Source: a virus (Duplodnaviria > Caudoviricetes). Taken from it: a DNA stretch of 42,332 nt. The DNA lies in the IMG/VR virus record IMGVR_UViG_3300012667_000485, positions 1 to 42,332 of that record; one strand, given 5' to 3'. The number at the start of each line of letters is the position of its first letter. Positions within the stretch are counted from its first letter, which is position 1. This document shows, piece by piece, positions 8,192 through 15,474 of this stretch. Made by a program: the position numbers and the translations under genes. The notes under the pieces are model-generated. The model was not told the origin of the DNA and did not search any database. It worked only from the letters and a program-made list of their open reading frames with translations.

Positions 8192-8981
8192 CGAGATTAT
8201 AGCAGGCGAAGTAGGACACACCAAAATAAAACGTGATTACGGCATGTTTTCACTTTACAAACTACATGAAGGTGAATGCATATACCGTAAGATAATGGAA
8301 AGTACCGATTATGAGGAGATAAGACCGCACAGGCACGAACATAGAAAGAAATATACTTACACACCACCACCACCAGTTACAGTACAGGAAAGCAGGGCAA
8401 TGCAGATTAAATCAAAAAAAGGCAAGCCACAAGTTAAAGCCGAAAGACCTAAACAGATGTTGCCAATAGGACACGTTAAAGTAAAAGTGGCTAGAGAGGC
8501 GTATCATGTATTAATGCACATCGGAAATAATCAGTACAAAAAGATTAAAACACTGTACAATTTTGCTGATACTTTGCCATACCGAAACAATAAAATGATG
8601 ACGCACAACGGTAAGTTAAAGTACCAAAATTTTCCCGAACCAGTCCCAAAGGTTAAACCTATTCCACTACCAAAAACTAAACCAGCACCGAAAGTAGTTC
8701 AAACAATGGAGTGCAGTTTGAAGGCTAAAGATAAAGTACTAGAGCGAATATCCAAACCCGATAAGCTAGTAATAGCAGAGCAAAGCAGACCACAAAAAGT
8801 ACGGGTGCAGGTAAACAATAAGACTTCTATAATGGTGTACCCTAATGAGGTTGAAAATGCCATAGCAAGGTATAACCAACGGTACAGGCAATCACAGGAG
8901 CAATCACACATACACCAGCGCAAACCAGTTGCCAAGACCAAACAAAAACAAACGCAATCAGATTTAATATTTTTTCACTAA
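8178..8981 (+). CDS. Basic Pro/Lys-rich hypothetical protein
   Basis: 267-aa ORF in operon. Confidence 0.7.
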   Translation: MQRRNEIIAGEVGHTKIKRDYGMFSLYKLHEGECIYRKIMESTDYEEIRPHRHEHRKKYTYTPPPPVTVQESRAMQIKSKKGKPQVKAERPKQMLPIGHVKVKVAREAYHVLMHIGNNQYKKIKTLYNFADTLPYRNNKMMTHNGKLKYQNFPEPVPKVKPIPLPKTKPAPKVVQTMECSLKAKDKVLERISKPDKLVIAEQSRPQKVRVQVNNKTSIMVYPNEVENAIARYNQRYRQSQEQSHIHQRKPVAKTKQKQTQSDLIFFH

Positions 8982-8987
8982 ACACAC

Positions 8988-9377
8988 ATGAAACGAATTT
9001 ACCACCACTACGAAAAATGGGAGTGCTATAAAAATGGCATGTGGTCAAGTCCTACGAAAGAAAATTATCAATCAAATATAGATAAAGCTATAAAGTTTAT
9101 GAGCGACACCGATATGTTTAAGCAAGGAATGGAAAACGTAATAAACAATTGGGAATACTCATGTGAACATCACTTATCAGATGTAAGTTCAAATAGAAAT
9201 TCTTTTTTAGGGCAAGCGGCTGGATGTATCTCTATTGGAGTAAATGAAACAATAATAAGAAATGCATGGGTGCTATTAAGTGATGAATGTAGAATTAAAG
9301 CAAACAAAGCAGCAGCAAATAGCATTAGGAAATGGGAGCAAAAAAGAAATTTAATTAAACAATTGTCATTATTCTAA
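8988..9377 (+). CDS. Hypothetical protein adjacent to the IbrA/IbrB cassette
   Basis: MKRIYHHYEKWECYKNGMW...WEYSCEHHLS...NRNSFLGQAA. Confidence 0.75.
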   Translation: MKRIYHHYEKWECYKNGMWSSPTKENYQSNIDKAIKFMSDTDMFKQGMENVINNWEYSCEHHLSDVSSNRNSFLGQAAGCISIGVNETIIRNAWVLLSDECRIKANKAAANSIRKWEQKRNLIKQLSLF

Positions 9378-9414
9378 TTTTTTTTACTAAATTTGTACCG
9401 CAAACATACCATAA

Positions 9415-9603
9415 ATGAAAAACAGAAAAAAAACATCGTTTACACTTGACATTGAAACAATGCAAGGATTAAGCCATCTTGCTAAAATAAACAAAAGGAG
9501 TATGGCTAACATGATAGACATTTTAGTGTCAGAAAAACTAAACGAAAGAGAAAACGAATTTTTTAACCACATGAATAAAAAAGAAAAAAACACACGCAAA
9601 TGA
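9415..9603 (+). CDS. Ribbon-helix-helix DNA-binding protein
   Basis: RKKTSFTLDIETMQGLSHLAKINKRSMANMIDILV; promoter TAAATTTG at 9388-9395. Confidence 0.75.
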   Translation: MKNRKKTSFTLDIETMQGLSHLAKINKRSMANMIDILVSEKLNERENEFFNHMNKKEKNTRK

Positions 9604-10808
9604 GAAAGTACACAGGCGTTAACGTACTAGATGCAGCTAAAGAACGAATAAATTTTGTATTTGACAACTTCAATAAGATATACCTTTCCTTTTCTGCTGG
9701 TAAAGATTCTACAGCTATGTTTCATTTAGTAATAGATGAGGCTATAAAAAGAAACATTAAAATAGGCATTTTATTTATAGATTGGGAATGTCAATTTGAA
9801 CATACAATTAATCATGCTAAAAGTATGTTTGAAAAGTACAAAGAACATATTGATTTGTATTGGATTCAGTTAGAGATAATGACCAATAACGCATCGTCAA
9901 TGCTTGAGCCAACATGGAAAAGTTTTGATGAAGATAAAAAAGGTTTGTGGGTTAGGGAGAAAGAAAAAAACAGTATTAACCAAAAAGAGTACTTTGATTT
10001 TTACTATGATAACATAACCTTTGAGGAATTTATAGGGCTATTTGGTGAGTGGTATTCTAAAGGAGAAAACACCGCTTGTTTTGTAGGGATAAGAGCGCAA
10101 GAAAGCCTAAACAGATTTAGGGCTATAGCTAGAGATGACGTTGCAAGATTTAAAGAAAAAAAGTACACTGTAAAATCTACAGATAGCGTTTACAATGTTT
10201 ATCCTATTTACGATTGGAAATGTGACGATGTGTGGACTTTTGTAGGGAAATACAAATTAAACTACAACAAGATATATGACCTAATGCATGGAGCAGGTTT
10301 GTCAATTCATCAAATGAGAATAGATGAGCCGTTCGGAGATGAGGCAAGAAAAAACCTATGGATATACCACGTTATTGAGCCTAAAACATGGGCAAAAATG
10401 GTATCAAGAATGGAAGGAGTAAATTCTGGTTCTTTATATTCTAAAGAAAACGGGAATATATTAGGCAATTTGCGAATAAAATTACCTAATGGGCATACAT
10501 GGGAAAGTTTCTCAAAAAGTATATTAGATACAATACCACCAAAAACAGCAGAACACTACAAAAATAAAATAGCTGTTTACATTAAATGGTATAAGGATAG
10601 AGGCTATGCAGATGGGATACCCGACGAAGCAGATTACAGGCTTGAACAATTGGGGAAAGTACCAGCATGGCGGCAAATAGCTAAAACATTATTAAAAAAT
10701 GACTATTGGTGTAGAACATTAGGGTTTGGCATTACTAAATCAAGTGCTTACGATAACTACTTAAAGTTAATGAAAAAAAGAAGGGCTAATTGGGGTATAT
10801 TTAACTAA
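9600..10808 (+). CDS. PAPS-reductase-like PP-loop protein with DUF3440 (IbrA/YbdN-like)
   Basis: SFSAGKDST PP-loop, LFIDWE, GIRAQESLNR, YPIYDW, NDYWC. Confidence 0.9.
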   Translation: MRKYTGVNVLDAAKERINFVFDNFNKIYLSFSAGKDSTAMFHLVIDEAIKRNIKIGILFIDWECQFEHTINHAKSMFEKYKEHIDLYWIQLEIMTNNASSMLEPTWKSFDEDKKGLWVREKEKNSINQKEYFDFYYDNITFEEFIGLFGEWYSKGENTACFVGIRAQESLNRFRAIARDDVARFKEKKYTVKSTDSVYNVYPIYDWKCDDVWTFVGKYKLNYNKIYDLMHGAGLSIHQMRIDEPFGDEARKNLWIYHVIEPKTWAKMVSRMEGVNSGSLYSKENGNILGNLRIKLPNGHTWESFSKSILDTIPPKTAEHYKNKIAVYIKWYKDRGYADGIPDEADYRLEQLGKVPAWRQIAKTLLKNDYWCRTLGFGITKSSAYDNYLKLMKKRRANWGIFN

Positions 10809-10823
10809 ACTAAACACATAACA

Positions 10824-11384
10824 ATGACAAAAACAAGTATTTCAAACCTATTACAGTTGCTTAACAAACCAGCACTAATAGGATGGGCTAACAGGATGGG
10901 ATTAAGTGGTGTTGACATAAACAAAAGCAATAAAGAAAGCCTATATACAGGCACTAATTACCACAACCAAATACAATCACATATAATCAACGGTGAAGAC
11001 TTTAAGGACAAACAATTAGGGGATAATTTTAAGCAATTTATTGCAGACAAAGAAATATTGTCTTGTGAGTGCGACATAGAAACAGATTACTTTGTAGGTA
11101 GATACGATTTAGAAATAAGAATAAATAACAATGGTAAAATAATTATTGTTGATTTCAAAACAACTGACGAAGGGGTAAATAAAAAACTATACTTAGAAAA
11201 CAAATTGCAACTTATAGCTTATGGCATGGCTAAAAAATGCGATGGATTCGCGGTGGTTACATTGCCTGACTTTAGTTACATACCGTTTGAAGTTGCAGAC
11301 AGAACCCCCTACGAAGAAATTATAAAGTCACTTTCTAACATTTACTCACTAAAAAAACAAATAGACAATGGAACAAATTACTAA
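10824..11384 (+). CDS. PD-(D/E)XK (Cas4-like) nuclease
   Basis: KPALIGWA, GTNYH, GRYDL...IIVDFKT...LQLIAY. Confidence 0.8.
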   Translation: MTKTSISNLLQLLNKPALIGWANRMGLSGVDINKSNKESLYTGTNYHNQIQSHIINGEDFKDKQLGDNFKQFIADKEILSCECDIETDYFVGRYDLEIRINNNGKIIIVDFKTTDEGVNKKLYLENKLQLIAYGMAKKCDGFAVVTLPDFSYIPFEVADRTPYEEIIKSLSNIYSLKKQIDNGTNY

Positions 11385-12012
11385 ACTAATTGAGCAAATT
11401 AAAGATTTGCCTACACATGAATTAGTGGATACAATTAACAAAATTAAGTTGGCTTTACACGAAATAAGCCCTTTTAAAAATGAGCCAGTTGATTGTGTTT
11501 TGTGGGTTAAAAATAGCACTGTTTATGCTAATGATTATAACCCTAACAGCGTAGCACCTCCCGAAATGAAGTTATTAGAGTTGAGCATAAAAGAAGATGG
11601 ATATACCCAACCAATAGTAACAATGCCTAACGGTGAAGGATTAAGAGAAGTTATAGATGGGTTTCACAGAAATATGGTTGGTAAAAATTGTGCAGAAATA
11701 CAAGAAAGAATAATAGGGTATTTGCCAGTAGTTACAATTAACACAGACAGGGAAGACAAGTCAGACAGAATGGCTGCTACTGTTAGGCATAATAGAGCAA
11801 GGGGTAAACACTCGGTAAATGCTATGAGTGATATGGTTGTAGAGTTGAAGCGAAGGAATTGGAGTGATGAAAAAATAGCAAAGCAATTAGGAATGGATGC
11901 TGACGAGGTTTTGAGATTATCACAAATTTGCGGTCTTGCTGGATTATTTGAAGATAATGATTTTTCGGGATCTTGGGAAATAGAAAATGAAATAATAGAA
12001 GAAAACGCATAA
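11368..12012 (+). CDS. ParB/Srx-domain protein (IbrB/YbdM-like)
   Basis: SPFKNEPVDCVLWV...NDYNPNSVAPPEMKLLELSI.EDGYTQPIV...VIDGFHR...TVRHNRARGKH. Confidence 0.92.
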   Translation: MEQITKLIEQIKDLPTHELVDTINKIKLALHEISPFKNEPVDCVLWVKNSTVYANDYNPNSVAPPEMKLLELSIKEDGYTQPIVTMPNGEGLREVIDGFHRNMVGKNCAEIQERIIGYLPVVTINTDREDKSDRMAATVRHNRARGKHSVNAMSDMVVELKRRNWSDEKIAKQLGMDADEVLRLSQICGLAGLFEDNDFSGSWEIENEIIEENA

Positions 12013-12013
12013 C

Positions 12014-12178
12014 ATGCCATACTCTACACGCCTAACATACTATCTTGAAATGTACCTTCGATTTCTATCTGAGGGCAACATTAAGAAAACCGAGCAGTAC
12101 CGTAAGCGTGTGGAGTTGTTGCTTAATAATCCACCTAAGTACAGAACAGTTAATTCCAAACAGATAAAACTATTTTAA
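12014..12178 (+). CDS. Small hypothetical protein (54 aa)
   Basis: MPYSTRLTYYLEMYLRFLSEGNIKK...QIKLF; exactly fills the intergenic gap. Confidence 0.55.
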   Translation: MPYSTRLTYYLEMYLRFLSEGNIKKTEQYRKRVELLLNNPPKYRTVNSKQIKLF

Positions 12179-12179
12179 C

Positions 12180-12416
12180 ATGATAGACATTAAAAAAGCA
12201 CTAAGTCAAAGGTGCTACATAATATTTGACACGAACGAGCAGTTACGTAGGTTTGTAAAAGAACATGATTTAAGGGTTGTATTGGGTGTTTGGGGTCACG
12301 ATATTACATTGTCTGTAAAGCCAAATATGAGATGTGAAACGCACCCATATAAACCTAATGACGGCACACAAACATACCACCACTCCGAAATAACAATAAC
12401 AGACGATGGAGAATAA
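12180..12416 (+). CDS. Hypothetical protein
   Basis: CYIIFDTNEQL...YHHSEI; resembles the N-terminus of 712..1173. Confidence 0.65.
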   Translation: MIDIKKALSQRCYIIFDTNEQLRRFVKEHDLRVVLGVWGHDITLSVKPNMRCETHPYKPNDGTQTYHHSEITITDDGE

Positions 12417-12594
12417 CAGATACAGGCTAAAAGAAGATAAGCTGATAGGCAAGCAAAAGGTAGCCAACAAAGGCGACACAGTAACGGTAATATCTACCAA
12501 TGAGGGCAACGATGGTATAGTCTGCATAGTGAGTAGAGAAAAAGACGATAACAGATTTTCAGTATTAGCAAAACTTTTAGAACCAATAATTTAA
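12406..12594 (+). CDS. Small hypothetical protein (SH3/KOW-like)
   Basis: 62-aa ORF, KGDTVTVI...CIV...RFSV. Confidence 0.6.
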   Translation: MENNRYRLKEDKLIGKQKVANKGDTVTVISTNEGNDGIVCIVSREKDDNRFSVLAKLLEPII

Positions 12595-12618
12595 CCGCTT
12601 CGGCACAAAACAAAAAAC

Positions 12619-12927
12619 ATGATAGTAGTAAGCATTGACCTCACAAAGATTGACAAGTCAAAGATTGTAGCAGGTAAAAACGGACAAAAATACTACAGCT
12701 TAGTAGTAGATGAATTGCGCACACCTGACAAATACGACAATACACACTCAGTGTACCAAAATCAGACTAAAGATGAGCGTGCAGCCAAGACCGCAAAAGT
12801 GTATATTGGTAACGGTAAAGAGTTTAAATTCAACCAGCAGACAGCACCACAACAGCAGGCACAACAAAGCGCACCACAGACAAACCCATTACATTCACAA
12901 GATTCTATTTTAGATTTGCCATTTTAG
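12619..12927 (+). CDS. Probable single-stranded DNA-binding protein
   Basis: SIDLTKIDK...GKNGQKY...YIGNGK core, Gln-rich linker, C-terminal DLPF tip. Confidence 0.7.
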   Translation: MIVVSIDLTKIDKSKIVAGKNGQKYYSLVVDELRTPDKYDNTHSVYQNQTKDERAAKTAKVYIGNGKEFKFNQQTAPQQQAQQSAPQTNPLHSQDSILDLPF

Positions 12928-12956
12928 AATGGTAAAATAAATTTTTTACCGTTCTA
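12925..12956 (+). terminator. Hairpin after the SSB-like gene
   Basis: 13-bp stem TAGAATGGTAAAA / TTTTACCGTTCTA (one G-U pair). Confidence 0.5.
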
Positions 12957-12990
12957 GTTATTTAGTAACTTCAATGCAAATATTATAAAC

Positions 12991-13524
12991 ATGAAAAATT
13001 GCATTATTTGCGGAGATTTAAAGCCGCTAACAGATTATTATGTACACAAACAAATGGGAGATGGTCATTTGAATAAGTGTAAAACATGCTGCAAACAACA
13101 GGCAGATGATAGAGAAAAAAGTCTACGGAATAATCCCGAATGGGTTGAAAAAGAAAAAGAAAGACATAGGCTAAAATATCACAGGTTAGAGTATAAGAAT
13201 AAGCACAAACCAACAAAAGAAAACAAAAAAAAGTACATTGATAAGTATAAGGAAAATTATCCTGAAAAGCAAAAAGCAAAAAACAAATGTGCAAATTTAG
13301 CACCTTTAATATTAGGTAATGAGTTGCACCACTGGAGTTATAATGAAGAACATTTTACAGATGTTATAGAACTTTCGGTAGATGACCATTATTTAATTCA
13401 TAGAAACATGACATACTCTCAGGGGCATAAAATGTACATTGATAAAAAAGGGCATTTACTTAATACTAAACAATCTCACATAGACTTATTAAAATCACTA
13501 CATGAAAAGCAAGTACAGCAATAA
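12991..13524 (+). CDS. Zn-finger/HNH-like putative endonuclease
   Basis: CxxC...DGHLNKCKTC N-terminus; ELHHWSY...DHYLIH C-terminal His cluster. Confidence 0.6.
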   Translation: MKNCIICGDLKPLTDYYVHKQMGDGHLNKCKTCCKQQADDREKSLRNNPEWVEKEKERHRLKYHRLEYKNKHKPTKENKKKYIDKYKENYPEKQKAKNKCANLAPLILGNELHHWSYNEEHFTDVIELSVDDHYLIHRNMTYSQGHKMYIDKKGHLLNTKQSHIDLLKSLHEKQVQQ

Positions 13525-13819
13525 AATTGTAACTATTGACGGTATTAAGTTCCGAAGTATCAGAGAGGGCAACAGGTACAAGTTATTGAAGGAATTGGAG
13601 AAACGAGGTGAAATAACAAATCTTGTTTTGCAACCTAAATTTGTACTGGTAGAAGATAAAAGCATAGGTTTTAAACTTACATACGTTGCCGACTTTCAGT
13701 ACACAATACAAGGTGTAAATGTGGTTGAAGATGTAAAGGGCGTGAAGACAAACGTGTACAAGCAAAAGAAAAAGTTAATGCTAAAAAAGTACGGAATTGC
13801 TATAAAAGAAGTTAGGTAA
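13502..13819 (+). CDS. DUF1064 family nuclease (putative Holliday junction resolvase)
   Basis: SKYSNK..TIDGIKFRSIREG.RY..L...LQPKF...YVADF.Y...VEDVKG. Confidence 0.9.
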   Translation: MKSKYSNKIVTIDGIKFRSIREGNRYKLLKELEKRGEITNLVLQPKFVLVEDKSIGFKLTYVADFQYTIQGVNVVEDVKGVKTNVYKQKKKLMLKKYGIAIKEVR

Positions 13820-13835
13820 TTTCAACTAAATAGCT

Positions 13836-13972
13836 TAATTTTGGGGTACAATATTCAGAGGTGGAATGCTGAATAATTAACGACATTTTAGCCTAATGGG
13901 GCTGCTAGTCGGGTGTACACAAAGGTGTATGTCCTATTCCACCTAGCAATCCCATTAGGCATTTTTATTTTT
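13836..13972 (+). promoter_or_regulatory. Promoter plus structured two-hairpin leader (kissing-loop/pseudoknot candidate)
   Basis: TAATTTTG 13836-13843; TATTCAG-AGGTGGAATG-CTGAATA; GCCTAATGGG...CCCATTAGGC enclosing ATTCCACCT; U-tract then ATG 13973. Confidence 0.65.
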
Positions 13973-14215
13973 ATGACAGTTCACAACTGCTTACTAATTG
14001 ACATTGAGCCACATTTATACGGTTCATTCCTTTGCACATTCTGCATAAATCGTGATAAGTTCCATTTACCAATTCCAAATAAAATGGCTGCTACATTAAG
14101 TACAGGCGAATACTATGATGTTGACTTCGATGTAATGACAAATGTATTGGCTGGTGTGGGTAATAACTTTTCATTCAATTTTATTAACCCTACTAAAGAT
14201 AATAGCCATGAATAG
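13973..14215 (+). CDS. Hypothetical protein (80 aa)
   Basis: ATG immediately after the structured leader; overlaps the next gene. Confidence 0.6.
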   Translation: MTVHNCLLIDIEPHLYGSFLCTFCINRDKFHLPIPNKMAATLSTGEYYDVDFDVMTNVLAGVGNNFSFNFINPTKDNSHE

Positions 14216-14771
14216 AATACTAAAACATTACTACGATGAATTTAAAAGTCTAAAAATGCAATACATGGTTTCAACTCATGGTGCTGAGGGGTACGGTATT
14301 TATTGGGCTTTACGTGAAATGATACACTTTGCAGATGGCGAGGGCGTAAAAATGGATGATGAGTTTTATTCTAAATTTTGCACATTTAAAGTAGACAGAG
14401 AAAGGCTATCTTTTATAATAAATGATTTTGTTAATGTTGCTGAGTTGTTTTCTATACATGGCGACATTTTAACGCTTTTTGGAGAAACCCCAATAATAAA
14501 AGAAAGAACAATAAAGGATATATTTTGGTGGATTGGGGTTAGAAAGGCAGTATTTAAAAGAGATAATTATAAGTGTACCTATTGCGGTATTGTTGCTGAT
14601 AAATTAGAGTGTGACCATATAATACCAGTATCAAAAGGTGGTAGCAATGACATGGATAATTTGACTACAGCATGTAGAACATGTAACCGTCAAAAGAAAG
14701 ACAAATCGGTAGCTGAATTTATTATTTACAAACAAAAAATTAGCACCAATGGCACGACCAAAAAAATATAA
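14208..14771 (+). CDS. DUF4373-like N-terminal domain fused to an HNH endonuclease
   Basis: HGAEGYGIYWALREMI...; VFKRDNYKCTYCG...ECDHIIPVSKGGSNDMDNLTTACRTCNRQK. Confidence 0.85.
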   Translation: MNRILKHYYDEFKSLKMQYMVSTHGAEGYGIYWALREMIHFADGEGVKMDDEFYSKFCTFKVDRERLSFIINDFVNVAELFSIHGDILTLFGETPIIKERTIKDIFWWIGVRKAVFKRDNYKCTYCGIVADKLECDHIIPVSKGGSNDMDNLTTACRTCNRQKKDKSVAEFIIYKQKISTNGTTKKI

Positions 14772-15474
14772 TGCTGACTATTTTAGCCACGATAACGATG
14801 CACGTAACCACCGTAAAATAAAGGCTTTAAGGGGTAAATTTGGTGTAACTGGTTACGGATTTTGGTTTATGCTATTGGAGTTTTTAACCTATTCTGACTA
14901 TAATCAGTTTGAGTTTACCGATAGCGAGGTAGAATTAATGGCTGGGGACTTTGGAGTTTCTGCTACAGAAATACATGATATGCTGAGTTACTGCATCAAA
15001 TTGGAAATGTTAACACTCGAAAATGGCATAATTAGGAGTAAATCCTTAGATGAAAGGCTTGAATGTGTGTATAAGAAAAGAGGCACTAAAAAAGAGTTTC
15101 TGTCACAGAAACCCAACATTAATGTAGTTTCTGATAGCGATAACACCAATAAAACTACAGTTTCTGCTACAGAAAGTACACAAAGTAAAGTAAAGGAAAT
15201 AAAAGAAAAGAAAAAGGAATTATTATGCGATGCTGACGCATCAGAAGATTACAAACGTTTTTTTGATTGGGCGTATACGCAAGGCAACGCAATGAGGGTA
15301 ATGACAATGAGTAAACCCTTAACGCCTGAGCAATACGACAACCTACTAAAAGACTTTACGAAAGGTGAAATATTTAGAGTAGTACAGGCTATGGAAAATA
15401 ACACACTACTTCACAAAAAATATTTATCTGCAAATCTCACTATCCGTAATTGGGCAAACAACAACAACAAATGA
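14749..15474 (+). CDS. DUF4373 (Lin1244/Lin1753-like) replication initiator
   Basis: MARPKKYNADYFSHD...KIKALRGKFGVTGYGFWFMLLE; directly upstream of primase-helicase; internal iterons. Confidence 0.8.
   Translation: MARPKKYNADYFSHDNDARNHRKIKALRGKFGVTGYGFWFMLLEFLTYSDYNQFEFTDSEVELMAGDFGVSATEIHDMLSYCIKLEMLTLENGIIRSKSLDERLECVYKKRGTKKEFLSQKPNINVVSDSDNTNKTTVSATESTQSKVKEIKEKKKELLCDADASEDYKRFFDWAYTQGNAMRVMTMSKPLTPEQYDNLLKDFTKGEIFRVVQAMENNTLLHKKYLSANLTIRNWANNNNK
14955..15175. repeat. Four iteron-like palindromic repeats AGTTTCTG-NNN-CAGAAA (putative replication origin)
   Basis: Copies at 14955, 15095, 15126 (degenerate) and 15159, followed by an A-rich tract. Confidence 0.75.

Noticed and set aside
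10824-11384. CRISPR-associated Cas4
   Set aside because: No repeat-spacer array or other cas genes; Cas4-like nucleases are common solo phage genes.
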